DNA of 40,945 nucleotides from a virus (taxonomy: Duplodnaviria > Caudoviricetes), in IMG/VR virus record IMGVR_UViG_3300038808_000064, positions 1-40,945 of that record; one strand, given 5' to 3'. The position numbers were made by a program, and so were the translations under genes. The notes beneath the pieces are model-generated. The model worked only from the letters and a program-made list of their open reading frames with translations. It was not told the origin of the DNA and did not search any database. Every line of letters begins with the position of its first letter. Position 1 is the stretch's first letter. This document shows positions 27,523-37,367 of this stretch, piece after piece.

Positions 27523-27587
27523 AACGGCGCGAGACTCTGCCATGATGTCCCGATACACTTTTTTGGGTTACAAAGCAGGGGAACCCA

Positions 27588-27893
27588 ATGAGCATCCGAA
27601 AATCCTTCGTCGCTCTCTGTTTGCTAACGGCCTCATGTTCGTCTGAGCCCCAAAAAATAGACATGGATTTTAACTCGGTGACACCCATGACACCGAAGGA
27701 AGAGGCAAAATATAAAACCGATAAGAAGTTAATTTATGATCGGATCAATGCAAATGCCCGTGAAACAAATAAGAGAATAAAACTGGCATATGATCGCGGC
27801 GTTAAGGTTTGCAGAAATCTAAAGAATGCTGGCTATCCCGATGGGAACGGGTGCCCACGGCCCAAGCCTAAGTATCTTGATTATTTTCACTAA
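27588..27893 (+). CDS. AT-rich lipoprotein moron (101 aa)
   Basis: MSIRKSFVALCLLTASC lipobox-like signal; visibly lower GC than flanks; Lys rich. Confidence 0.75.
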   Translation: MSIRKSFVALCLLTASCSSEPQKIDMDFNSVTPMTPKEEAKYKTDKKLIYDRINANARETNKRIKLAYDRGVKVCRNLKNAGYPDGNGCPRPKPKYLDYFH

Positions 27894-27995
27894 CGTTCTT
27901 TCGAGGTCGCATTAGGCAAGGCACTGGCGTCGCGCAATGTCACGGCCGTCAAGTCCGGCTGGATGCATCGGGTGGGCCTGAAGCTGTCCGGCTGA
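27894..27995 (+). pseudogene. Start-less 3' remnant of a displaced gene
   Basis: High-GC, coding-like frame FEVALGKALASRNVTAVKSGWMHRVGLKLSG* between the moron stop and the terminator. Confidence 0.4.
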
Positions 27996-28019
27996 TCCAC
28001 ATCATCATCATCAATCTCA

Positions 28020-28052
28020 GGGCCATCGGAGCGATCCGGCGGCCCTTTTTTT
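28020..28052 (+). terminator. Intrinsic terminator after the moron
   Basis: GGGCCATCGGA-GCGA-TCCGGCGGCCC followed by T7. Confidence 0.75.
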
Positions 28053-28063
28053 AAAGGCTATCC

Positions 28064-31000
28064 ATGCAGGCATTGCTGGCATCGCTCGTCTTCTCGATGA
28101 GTGTGAAGGACGAATCCTTCAAAGCCGCCATGGCGACGAACCGCGCGGCGGTGCGGGAGACGCGGCAGGACTTCGACCGGCAGGGCGAAGGCATGGTCGC
28201 GGCGATGCAGAACGCCGCTCGGCGCACCGATGAAGCCGCGCTCCGGATGGTCGATAGTCTGAAGAAGGCTGGCGAGCAGGTGCAGCGGGCCGGGCTGGTG
28301 ATGACGCTGGGGCTGACCGCACCGCTGGGACTGATGGCGAAGAAGTCGAAGGACGCCGCGTCCGATTTCCAGTCGGCGATGAACAATGTCCATTCCGCCA
28401 TTGCCGACGCCTCACCGGAACAGCTCGACAAGCTGCGCAACGCGGCGATGACGTTGGGCCCTGCCTTCGGCAAGAGCGCGATCGAAGCGGCCGGCGCGAT
28501 CGAAGCACTGGCGAAGAATGGCATGGACGCGGCGGACATCTTGTCCGGCGGCCTCGAAAGCGCCCTCAAGCTGGGCGTGCTGGGGCAGACCGATCTTGGG
28601 TCCGCGGCCGATGCGACGACCGACATCCTCCAGCAATTTCATCTGTCGACCAGCCGTTTGCCCGATGTCGTGGACAAGGTCAGCGGCGCACTGGATGCAT
28701 CGAAGCTGTCTTTCGACGGCTACAAGGATGCCATCGGCATGGTCGGCGGCATCGCGGGTGGCCTGGGCTACCAGTTCGAGGACATGAATACCGCTCTCGC
28801 GGCCGTGATCCCTCTGATGACCGGCGGATCGGACGCCGGCACGTCCTTCAAGACCTTCCTGCTGTCACTGGTCCCGCAGTCGAAGGACGCGAAGGAAGCG
28901 ATGGAAAAACTGAACCTCCAGTTTTTCGACGCCAAGGGCAACGTGAAGTCGCTCAGCGATGTCGCGGATCAGCTCAACCGGGCGTTCGGGCCGCTCAATC
29001 AGAAAAGTCAGGCGGCGGGGCTTACGAAGATCTTCGGCACGGATGGCATGCGCGTCGCGCTCGCGCTCATGAAGGCGGGTGCGAAGGGTATCGCCGACGT
29101 GCAGGCCCAGATCGATCGGGCCAGCGCGGATCGCAAGATCGAAATCCTGATGGATGGAGAGGCTGCTGCGACCCAGCGGATGGCCAGCGCCTGGGAGCGG
29201 CTGAAGATCGTCATCGGTGAAGCGGGGATCATCCAGGCCTTCACCATGATCAAGGACGCAGCGGCATCCCTGATGAACGTGATCGCGAGTGGGCCGCCCT
29301 GGTTCTACAAACTGGCCGTCGCGGCGGGGTTGCTGGCGGCGTCGATCGGACCGCTGACGCTGGCGGCGGTCGGCCTAGCCAAGATCGCGCTGCCCCTGCT
29401 GGCGCTGCGACTGGGGCCCGTCGCGCTGGGTTTCGCGGCGATCATCAATCCGGTCGGTGTCCTGGTCCGTCTTCTGGGTCAGCTTGCCCTGCAGGCTGGC
29501 GCTGCGACGGTCATCGGCAGGCTGGGCGCATCCCTGCTGTCGGTCGCCGGGCCGATCGGTCTGCTGGTGACGGGCATTTCGTTGCTGATCCCCCTTTACC
29601 TGCGCCTGAGCGAGGCATCGATCGCGACGCAGCAGGCGCAGGACCAGCTGAATGCGGATCAGGCCAAGGGCCGGGATATCATGCTTCAGCTCGCCACGGC
29701 CACGGGGAAGGCGCGCGTCGAAGCATTGGCGCATGCCAAGGCGCTGCGGCAGCAGGGGATCGAAGCGGTCGCCACCGCCCGGAAAAATCTCCTCGCCGCG
29801 CGCAGCGTGTATGTCCAGGAGCGCGCACGCGAGCAGTCTGGGCAGGCGACGACGCCGGTCAATACCATGCTGCGCCTCATCATGGGCACCAAGAACCGCA
29901 CGGGGGCGGCAAAGGATCTGGTCGCCGCCAATGATATTCTCGGTCAGCGACTGGCGGATATCGAGAAGCTGGACGGGGCGATCGCAGCGGCAAGCGCCGG
30001 GGGCCAGCCCAAGATCGACATGTCCTTCGACGACGAGAAGGAAAGAAAGCGGAAGAAGGCTGGCGGCCGTGATGCGGCGCGCGATGAAGCGACCTATCTC
30101 GACGAGCTGGGGCGGTCGCGGGTCGAGATCCTGCGCGCGCAGGCGGACATGACCGAGAATGTCCGGGCGCGTCACCGGGCGGAAATGGCCGCGCTCGACG
30201 AAGATCGCGCCGCCTATGCCCGCCAGCTTCAGCTGGACGAGGGCATGACCGATGCCAAGCGGCAGGAGCTTCTGGCGCAGCGGGACAAGCTGATCTTCTA
30301 TCAGCGCGCGGTCGTCGACACCGAGCTGTCGCGCGCGCTCGCGCAGCAAAGCTATGATCTGGCGCGCGCCGAAAATGACGCGGCGCAGGAAGCGCTGCGC
30401 CTGCGGATCGATGGCGTGGACAATCTTACGGATCGCCGGGCCATGGAGCTTAAGCTGCTGGACCTGCAGCGTCAGCAGGAGGAAGCCGATCTTGATCTGA
30501 TCCTGGCGACCAAGGCGACCGCCTCGGCAGAATGGGCGAACGCGCAGAAGCGTAAGGAGCAACTGGACACGGTCTACGGACAGCGGCGTGATCAGGTGAT
30601 GCGCAGCACGGAAGGCCCCGGCGCGGCCTATCTTCGGACGATCAATCGGTCGTCGAACGCGGTGCAGGATGATGTGGAGCGTGGTGGGGTCGAAGCGCTG
30701 ACGCAGCTGAACACGGGGCTGACCGACGCGATCATGGGGACCGCGAAGCTCGCCGATGCCTTCGAGAACATGGGCAAGCGGATCATCGCCTCGCTGATCG
30801 ACATCGCCATCCAGCAGGCGATCATCCGTCCGCTGGCCAATAGCCTTTTCGGCGTGGCGGATGCCGCGGGCAATCGGTCGGGCGGCTCGCTGGCCGGGAT
30901 CGGGAATTTCTTCACCCGCACCTTCGGCGGTGGGCGCGCCACGGGTGGAGCGGTGAGCGATTCGGAATGGTATGTCGTGGGTGAGAACGGCCCGGAGCTT

Positions 31001-31207
31001 TTCGCGCCGGGCGTATCGGGCGCGATCGTCCCGAACGGCGGCAAGGGCGCGCGCCAGCAAGGTCAGGCACCCGTGGTCCGCCTGATGATGGACGAAGGCG
31101 GGCTGTTCCAGCCGCGTGTCCAGTCGATCGCCGGGCCGGTATCGGTCCAGACCGTAAGGTCAGCCGGACGGTCGAACGCCATGCGCGCGCGCCAGACGCT
31201 CGACTGA
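28064..31207 (+). CDS. Tail tape measure protein, TP901-like core (1047 aa)
   Basis: GLTAPL, FQSAMNNV, EALAKNG, GSDAGTSFK, IFGTDG; hydrophobic middle; C-terminal RATGG...VGENGPELF. Confidence 0.95.
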   Translation: MQALLASLVFSMSVKDESFKAAMATNRAAVRETRQDFDRQGEGMVAAMQNAARRTDEAALRMVDSLKKAGEQVQRAGLVMTLGLTAPLGLMAKKSKDAASDFQSAMNNVHSAIADASPEQLDKLRNAAMTLGPAFGKSAIEAAGAIEALAKNGMDAADILSGGLESALKLGVLGQTDLGSAADATTDILQQFHLSTSRLPDVVDKVSGALDASKLSFDGYKDAIGMVGGIAGGLGYQFEDMNTALAAVIPLMTGGSDAGTSFKTFLLSLVPQSKDAKEAMEKLNLQFFDAKGNVKSLSDVADQLNRAFGPLNQKSQAAGLTKIFGTDGMRVALALMKAGAKGIADVQAQIDRASADRKIEILMDGEAAATQRMASAWERLKIVIGEAGIIQAFTMIKDAAASLMNVIASGPPWFYKLAVAAGLLAASIGPLTLAAVGLAKIALPLLALRLGPVALGFAAIINPVGVLVRLLGQLALQAGAATVIGRLGASLLSVAGPIGLLVTGISLLIPLYLRLSEASIATQQAQDQLNADQAKGRDIMLQLATATGKARVEALAHAKALRQQGIEAVATARKNLLAARSVYVQERAREQSGQATTPVNTMLRLIMGTKNRTGAAKDLVAANDILGQRLADIEKLDGAIAAASAGGQPKIDMSFDDEKERKRKKAGGRDAARDEATYLDELGRSRVEILRAQADMTENVRARHRAEMAALDEDRAAYARQLQLDEGMTDAKRQELLAQRDKLIFYQRAVVDTELSRALAQQSYDLARAENDAAQEALRLRIDGVDNLTDRRAMELKLLDLQRQQEEADLDLILATKATASAEWANAQKRKEQLDTVYGQRRDQVMRSTEGPGAAYLRTINRSSNAVQDDVERGGVEALTQLNTGLTDAIMGTAKLADAFENMGKRIIASLIDIAIQQAIIRPLANSLFGVADAAGNRSGGSLAGIGNFFTRTFGGGRATGGAVSDSEWYVVGENGPELFAPGVSGAIVPNGGKGARQQGQAPVVRLMMDEGGLFQPRVQSIAGPVSVQTVRSAGRSNAMRARQTLD

Positions 31208-31803
31208 TGGCCGTCGTCGAGCTGCCCGAATGGGCCATCCCGAACGCGGCCAGCCCCTCGTTGATCGATTTCGGCGGTGTGTTGCGTCCCTCCACTGGAG
31301 CCGCACTCCTGCGGGTGGATCGTCAGGGGTCGCGGTACAAGGCGGCGATGACGTTTCCGCCCTTCGTCGAACCGGCGCAGGGCCGCATCATCGTGTCACG
31401 GCTTATCCGTGCAAAGCGGATGGGGCTCCGCGTGGAATTCCCTCTCGTCGACGAGCAGCCCAGCGAGGATGCCTTCGTGGATGGCGGGGATCAGGCCGGC
31501 ACATCGCTGAAGATCCGTGGCCTCTTCCCCCGTCGTGTGGTGCGCGAGGGATTCTGGATGAGCATCGTGCGCGGCGACGGCCAGCACTTCCTGCACAATA
31601 TCGCCGGCGAAGTGACGGCGGATGCCACTGGCCGGGCCACCCTGCCCCTGTCCGAAATGCTGCGCTGGCCTTTTGCAGATGGCGATCAGGTCAAACTGGT
31701 CCGGCCGATGATCGAAGGCATTGTCGATGGCGACGAGCAGGCTTGGGCCATCAGCGTCGAAAAATTCGTCAGCATCGAATTCACTGTCGAGGAGGCCGCA
31801 TAA
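31207..31803 (+). CDS. Distal tail (Dit-like) protein
   Basis: TGATG-coupled after the tape measure; RVDRQGSRY; ends FTVEEA. Confidence 0.7.
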   Translation: MAVVELPEWAIPNAASPSLIDFGGVLRPSTGAALLRVDRQGSRYKAAMTFPPFVEPAQGRIIVSRLIRAKRMGLRVEFPLVDEQPSEDAFVDGGDQAGTSLKIRGLFPRRVVREGFWMSIVRGDGQHFLHNIAGEVTADATGRATLPLSEMLRWPFADGDQVKLVRPMIEGIVDGDEQAWAISVEKFVSIEFTVEEAA

Positions 31804-32372
31804 TGGACCGTATCCTGCTGGTGGGCCTGCTGAAGGCCGAATTGCCGGGCCGCACCATCCTCCTGTGCGACGGTGGCTTCGTGAAGTGGAATGGCGAGAC
31901 CTATCTTTCGAGCGATGAAGTCTTCGGTACCGCAGGGGGCTTCGAAGCGCCGGAGGAAGGTGTCGGGGACATCATTCCGTCCGGCACGCTGACCATGCTG
32001 CCGCCCGGATCGGCGGCCGCCATTGCCCTGACCAATCCGGCGTATCAGGGGGCGCGCATGCGTTTCTGGATCGCGGAGGTCGATGAAGCGACGGGCGCGG
32101 TGAAGGGCGAGCCGGATCTCCAGGCGGAATGGCAGCTTGATCGCTCGACGATGCGCAGCAAGCGTGGGACGCGGACGGTGGACATCGACTGTGTCTCGCA
32201 GGCGCAGCGGCTGCTCGCGAAAGTCGAGGGCAATGTGCTGTCGAGCGCCTTCCATTCGTCGATCTTCCCGGGCGAGCGGGGCTTCGACAACGCGACGGGT
32301 CTGCCGACCGAATTCGCGTGGGGCACCGCGTCCAGTCCGCGCGGTGTCGCGGCGAGCAACACCCGTGCTTGA
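31803..32372 (+). CDS. Tail tip/hub protein (189 aa)
   Basis: GGAGG RBS and TAATG coupling; VKWNGETY, FPGERGFD, FAWG. Confidence 0.7.
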   Translation: MDRILLVGLLKAELPGRTILLCDGGFVKWNGETYLSSDEVFGTAGGFEAPEEGVGDIIPSGTLTMLPPGSAAAIALTNPAYQGARMRFWIAEVDEATGAVKGEPDLQAEWQLDRSTMRSKRGTRTVDIDCVSQAQRLLAKVEGNVLSSAFHSSIFPGERGFDNATGLPTEFAWGTASSPRGVAASNTRA

Positions 32373-32787
32373 CCTCGCGCAACGTGTCGAAGCGACCGAG
32401 AAGGTGGTCGCGCGGTTCCGGGGGCGGCCGTTTGACTGGCGGGATCGTCGGACCTGCATTCATCTGGCGCGGGCGCAGGCGCGCGCGCTCGGGCATCGGC
32501 CGCCCATGATCCCGGATTTCCGGTCGCCCGCGGGGGCGCGGACGGCGCTGAAGGCGACTGGGCATTCGACGCTGGAGGCGCTGCTCGACAGCCTGTTCCC
32601 GCGCATTGCCCCTGCGGCCATGTGGGTCGGGGATCTGGCGCTGATGCAGGGTGGGGGCGCATTCGATGCGATCGTGATCTGTGCGGGGGGCAAGATGATC
32701 GGATATCATGACGATCACCTGGCGGACGGGATCGTCAATCTGGTGGGGGTGGGCGACCGCCCATTCCTGGGGGCTTGGCGGCTATGA
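32365..32787 (+). CDS. NlpC/P60-like tail assembly protein (DUF6950-like; 140 aa)
   Basis: PFDWRDRRTC with Cys, GDLAL, AWRL C-terminus; lambda gpK-like position. Confidence 0.7.
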   Translation: MLDLAQRVEATEKVVARFRGRPFDWRDRRTCIHLARAQARALGHRPPMIPDFRSPAGARTALKATGHSTLEALLDSLFPRIAPAAMWVGDLALMQGGGAFDAIVICAGGKMIGYHDDHLADGIVNLVGVGDRPFLGAWRL

Positions 32788-34556
32788 GCGGGACGCTTGG
32801 CAAGGTCGCGATGGTGGCCGGCATGGTCGCGCTCGTCGCGACAGGGGCCGGTGCGATCGCGGGTGCCGGCTGGGGTATTGCCGGGGTCGGCAGCTTTTCA
32901 TCGATCGCAACGGCGGCCAGCATCGCCGGAGCGGTGGCGAGCGTCGGCGCCAATGCGCTGGCCAAGACGCCGCCCGCGCGAGGCTCGGTATCCTCTACCA
33001 CGGTCGGCACGGACCAGCCGATGCCATTCCTGATCGGTGAGACCTATTACGGCGGCAGCCGTGTCCATCAGATCGGTTACGGTCCGACGCTCGACAAGGT
33101 GCCGAATCCGTATGCCCTGATCGTCGACGTCTATTCCGGCGCTGGCCCGGTGGACGGTCTGGTCGATTGCCTGGCGGACTTCGCCAGCCTCGATGTCCGC
33201 AATAATGCAGCGCAGGGATATGCGGGCGGATTTCTCCTCGCTTATTCGCAGGTAGGTCATGTGCCGGAGCCGAGCGCCCTGCTCAGCGGATTTGCGACGG
33301 CCCAGCCTCCGGGCTGGGGCGCGGACTATCGGCTCTCTGGCTATGCGGCTATCGCCTGGTCCCTGCTCTTCGATCTCAAGGGCAAGGTCTTTGCCAGTGG
33401 CGTCCCGCAGCTTGGTGCGATCTGGCGAGGGCAGCTGGCCTGGGATCCGCGCAAGGATAGCAGCTATGCCGGAGGTCAGGGCGCGCAGCGCTGGGCCGCG
33501 CCGGCGGACGCTGCGGGTCATGATGCGGCGCGCGCGACCTGGGCGTTCAGCGAATGCCCGGGCATCATCGGGCTGAAATACGCGCTGGGTGCCTATCACC
33601 GCGACCCTCGCATCGCGGGCTCGACCTATCGCAAGGTCGCCGGGATCGGATTGCCGATCTCCGGTATTATCGTCGAGGATTTCGTCCATTTCGCCAATGT
33701 CTGTGATGCGAATGGGTGGAAAGTCGGCGGTGTGGTGTTCGAGCCGGCGATCGGATCGTCGTCGACGCGCTGGCAGAATCTGAAGGACATTCTGGCGGCT
33801 GGTGGTGCGACGCCCTGCTTTCGCAATGGCAAGCTGGGCTTGAAGGTCAGCGCGCCACGCATCGCGCTCGACACGATCACAGAATCGGATCTGGCCGATG
33901 ACGAGATCGTCGTATCGTCGGGTCTCGGCTGGGAGGATCGCCTGAATACCCTCATCCCGAAATATCGGAGCCGGGATCACAAATGGGAATATGTGGCATC
34001 CACCGAGCCGGTGTCGATACCGACATTCGTCGCGGTGGATGGAGAGGTGAAGCGCGAGGAGCGTCAATACAATCTGGTCCAGCAAAAGGATCAGGCGGCG
34101 CAGCTATGCGCCTATGAATTGCTTGATCGTCGGGAACTGGGCGAAATCGAGATCGTCGTGAAGCCGCGTCTCCGTCAATACGGGCCGGGTGATCTCCTGA
34201 TCGTAGATCTGCCGAATGACGGACTGGTCAAGCAACCCTGCGTTATCATGAAGCGTCAGCCGCTGCCTGACCGAATGGCATGGCGGCTCGTCCTGTCGGG
34301 AGAGACGCCGTCCAAGCACGCCTATGCGCTTGGGCGGACTGCCGTGGCGCCGCCTGTGCCGGCGCTGGGACATACTGCCGATCTCGACGCAGTCGCGGCT
34401 CCGAATGATCCCGCTGTCGATGCGGTGGCGTCGACCGTCGAACAGCAGCAGGCCTTGATCGAACAGCAGGCGGCGGCCCTCCAGCAGGCTCAGGCTGCAC
34501 TGACCGACGTGACCGCGCGCGTGAAGCGTCTCGAGGATGGCACCCAAGAACCCTAA
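32784..34556 (+). CDS. Tail tip / central fibre (gpJ-like) protein (590 aa)
   Basis: Hydrophobic Ala/Gly N-terminus, LSGYA, GVPQL, WDPR, ANVCD, PGDLL; C-terminal coiled coil. Confidence 0.85.
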   Translation: MSGTLGKVAMVAGMVALVATGAGAIAGAGWGIAGVGSFSSIATAASIAGAVASVGANALAKTPPARGSVSSTTVGTDQPMPFLIGETYYGGSRVHQIGYGPTLDKVPNPYALIVDVYSGAGPVDGLVDCLADFASLDVRNNAAQGYAGGFLLAYSQVGHVPEPSALLSGFATAQPPGWGADYRLSGYAAIAWSLLFDLKGKVFASGVPQLGAIWRGQLAWDPRKDSSYAGGQGAQRWAAPADAAGHDAARATWAFSECPGIIGLKYALGAYHRDPRIAGSTYRKVAGIGLPISGIIVEDFVHFANVCDANGWKVGGVVFEPAIGSSSTRWQNLKDILAAGGATPCFRNGKLGLKVSAPRIALDTITESDLADDEIVVSSGLGWEDRLNTLIPKYRSRDHKWEYVASTEPVSIPTFVAVDGEVKREERQYNLVQQKDQAAQLCAYELLDRRELGEIEIVVKPRLRQYGPGDLLIVDLPNDGLVKQPCVIMKRQPLPDRMAWRLVLSGETPSKHAYALGRTAVAPPVPALGHTADLDAVAAPNDPAVDAVASTVEQQQALIEQQAAALQQAQAALTDVTARVKRLEDGTQEP

Positions 34557-34576
34557 CCCTTAAGGGAGATTATCGA

Positions 34577-36823
34577 ATGGCAACTGCGGCTTGTCTGCCG
34601 ATCGCGGCGGACCGAGCGGGCCCCTGCGTCCGCACCATCTTTTTCCGGGGGCTCGACCTTGCGGGCGTCGTGCTGGCGATGGAATTGCGGCTCAATCCCG
34701 AGACTCCGGGGCCCGCGGCGGTCGCGCTGGGCATGGGCGCGTCCGCAAATGACGAGGGGCTGCGCGTCGTGGCCGTGACGGTGACGGATGGCGTCCCGAC
34801 CAGCGAGGTGGCGCTGCGCATCGCCGAGGCGACTATGAAGGATGCGGCCAAGATCCCCTATGCGGGGGAGATCGGCTCGTCATGCCCGCTCTATTACGAC
34901 CTGATCGGCGTCTTCGGCCAGGACAAGCGGCGCTTGGTCTATGGGACGCTGACCCCGCTTCCGACCGTCTATGGGATGGACAATGCGCCAGCCAATCGGT
35001 CGGCGGCCTTCGGGGCCAGCGGTGGCAGCGGCGGGACGTGGACCAGCGCCCTCGTGTCCTATTCGGACGATGCGACCAGCATCGTCATCGATGGAGCCGA
35101 TCTCCTCGGCCCCCTCGTCGACAAGGCCGGGTCAGCGGCGGCCAGCGTGCTGGAGGTGCGCGAAGCCCTCACGGCGCTCCAGCCCGTCGATGCGGCCGTG
35201 CAGAATGGCTTCTTCGACATCAACGAGCAGGGGCGATTCTCGGCGAACGCCGGCTTCCGCGCGGTGCGGATCACCGGGCGCGCTGGCGATAAGGGCGCGG
35301 TCACGTCGCGGGTGACGGCCGGGGCACTGGCGCGTGTCGTCTTCTACGATGTGCTCGACAAGCCGATCAGCATCGTCGACCCCGGCCAGAACGGGCGCGT
35401 CGACGAATATACGGACCAGCCATTCACCTTTCCGGAGGGGGCGGTCGCGGCAGGCTTCAGCTCGGACGCCACGGGTCTTGTGGTAAAGACGGAACGGCCG
35501 CTCGACGGCCTGGCCAGCAAGGTGGTGTCGACGACGGAGTCTCTGACGGCACTGGTCGACAGCGGCGCGGCGCTGGCGGTGGGCTTTTACGCGGTCGACA
35601 ATGGTGCGCTGGACCCCTCGGTCGCCTACCAGCATGTGCGCGTGCCGATCGAGGGCGGCGCGAGACTCCGCTGCACGACGACGACCAGCGGATCGGCGAT
35701 GGCCATGGCGTCTTTTTTCGGCACGGACGGTGCGTATCTCGGCCCCCTCCATCCCGGGGTCGACGGGGTGCCCACCGTCTATTCGGATTACGAATTTGAG
35801 GCTCCGGCCCTGGCGAAGTCGGTCGCTGTGACCGGCCTCCGGACGGCGCCGACGCGGATCGCCATCCCGGTGGTCATCGACGATGTGGCCGAGCGGGTCA
35901 TCGCGATGAAGCCGCCGCTCGCCGGGCGGCGGCTCCTGTGGCTGGGCACCTCGATCCCCGCCGGGTATCCCTTTGAGGGCGGCGCGTCCTATCCTGCGCG
36001 CGTGGCGGCCAAGCTGGGCGCTACGGTAAACAACCAGGCGCAAGCAGCCTCGCCCGCCCGGATCGGCGTCGTGGCGCGTCGGACCGCCACCGATCCTTAC
36101 GGCTGGACCGGCTCGAATTGGCTGAATGTCGCGTTGAGCCTCGCCATGACAGTGGCGGAGAAGAACGATCTGATCGACAACTGGGGCAGCAAATGGCGCG
36201 ATCTGCTGGGCGGGGACGGCAAGCCCAACGTGCTCGACGATCCGACCAAGGCCCTGTGGCGCGGCTGTTCGTATGAAAACCGGTTGATCCCCTATCTGGC
36301 ATCTACCGATCTTTTCATCTTCGACCACGGTCACAACGACTGGTCGATGAACCCGGGCGGCGGGAGCGACGGGGCGCTCGCCGGTCCTGACGGTGGCGAC
36401 ATGCTATATCTGCCGTCGGCCGCGAACCCGCCAGCATATCCTGATCCGCTGACCGGCGCCGATCCGACGCGCGATCGCTCCACGTTCCGGGGTGCGATGG
36501 CCTTTCTGATCGACAAGATCCTGGCGGCGAACCCGCGCGCGAGAATCGCCTTCGTCGGTCATTATGAGGATTCTCCGGGACGAAAGCCGAACATCGTCGT
36601 CGGGCAGAAGGCTGTAGCGGCCGATTGGGATTTCCCGCTCATTCCACTGTGGAGCCTGACCGGCTGGTCGAACCAGACGATCAAGAGCGGGCCATCGGCG
36701 GGTAAGCGGCTGACCGAGGTGTGGATGCCCGACGACCTGCATCCCGGCTCCGATGCGACCGGGGAAGCCAATGCGCTCATCGCGAACATTTTGGCCGCGC
36801 AGTTCACGGCGATGGTCTGCTGA
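34577..36823 (+). CDS. Tail fibre/receptor-binding protein with tandem beta modules and C-terminal SGNH hydrolase (748 aa)
   Basis: AAGGGAG RBS; SGNH blocks LGTSI, DHGHND, DDLHP; position after the tail tip. Confidence 0.8.
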   Translation: MATAACLPIAADRAGPCVRTIFFRGLDLAGVVLAMELRLNPETPGPAAVALGMGASANDEGLRVVAVTVTDGVPTSEVALRIAEATMKDAAKIPYAGEIGSSCPLYYDLIGVFGQDKRRLVYGTLTPLPTVYGMDNAPANRSAAFGASGGSGGTWTSALVSYSDDATSIVIDGADLLGPLVDKAGSAAASVLEVREALTALQPVDAAVQNGFFDINEQGRFSANAGFRAVRITGRAGDKGAVTSRVTAGALARVVFYDVLDKPISIVDPGQNGRVDEYTDQPFTFPEGAVAAGFSSDATGLVVKTERPLDGLASKVVSTTESLTALVDSGAALAVGFYAVDNGALDPSVAYQHVRVPIEGGARLRCTTTTSGSAMAMASFFGTDGAYLGPLHPGVDGVPTVYSDYEFEAPALAKSVAVTGLRTAPTRIAIPVVIDDVAERVIAMKPPLAGRRLLWLGTSIPAGYPFEGGASYPARVAAKLGATVNNQAQAASPARIGVVARRTATDPYGWTGSNWLNVALSLAMTVAEKNDLIDNWGSKWRDLLGGDGKPNVLDDPTKALWRGCSYENRLIPYLASTDLFIFDHGHNDWSMNPGGGSDGALAGPDGGDMLYLPSAANPPAYPDPLTGADPTRDRSTFRGAMAFLIDKILAANPRARIAFVGHYEDSPGRKPNIVVGQKAVAADWDFPLIPLWSLTGWSNQTIKSGPSAGKRLTEVWMPDDLHPGSDATGEANALIANILAAQFTAMVC

Positions 36824-36840
36824 CCCGAGGGATAAGATCG

Positions 36841-36882
36841 ATGAAAATCAAAATCAAAGCGGCCGCAGGGTTCGCACAGTGA
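36841..36882 (+). CDS. 13-aa mini-ORF MKIKIKAAAGFAQ coupled to the next gene
   Basis: GAGGGA RBS 8 nt upstream; its TGA overlaps the next GTG (GTGA). Confidence 0.45.
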   Translation: MKIKIKAAAGFAQ

Positions 36883-37367
36883 CGGCCGTCGCCCACGTCA
36901 TCAGCACCGTCGCGATATGGACGATGATGCTGTTCGGCCTTCGCTTCGCGGTATCGGCCGGACACTGGCTGCTGCCATCCGCCCGCGCTTCCTTGCAGGT
37001 CGCGTATTGTCGCGGCCCCGATCGCTCGCAATGCCACGCCCGCCTTCGGGCCGCGATCGATCAGCTGCACGTCGATCTCGTGACGGCGATCAAGACGCCC
37101 TGGTCGGCGACACTGCTGTTCGCCGGGTCCGTCCTGATCGGGCTGGGCTATTTCAGCGGCTCGCTCGGTGATGCGGCGCGCCTGGTGTCGGCGCATCCGC
37201 GCCAGTGGATCGCGTTCGATGTCGTGACCGACTGCATTGCCGCCGTCCTGGCGGTGACGGGGATGAGCTTCCTGCTCGCCGCCTTTTCGCATCACAGGAC
37301 CGCCAGTTTTCTGGTCAGCGGCGTCCTGATCGTCACCGGACTGGGGATAGGAGTGGTGACGCTGTGA
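36879..37367 (+). CDS. Multi-pass membrane protein in the lysis cassette (162 aa)
   Basis: About four hydrophobic segments; GTGA-coupled to the putative holin. Confidence 0.7.
   Translation: MTAVAHVISTVAIWTMMLFGLRFAVSAGHWLLPSARASLQVAYCRGPDRSQCHARLRAAIDQLHVDLVTAIKTPWSATLLFAGSVLIGLGYFSGSLGDAARLVSAHPRQWIAFDVVTDCIAAVLAVTGMSFLLAAFSHHRTASFLVSGVLIVTGLGIGVVTL

Noticed and set aside
18047-34556. Gene transfer agent interpretation of the structural cluster
   Set aside because: Integrase, repressor switch, replication genes and HNH/cos indicate a true temperate phage
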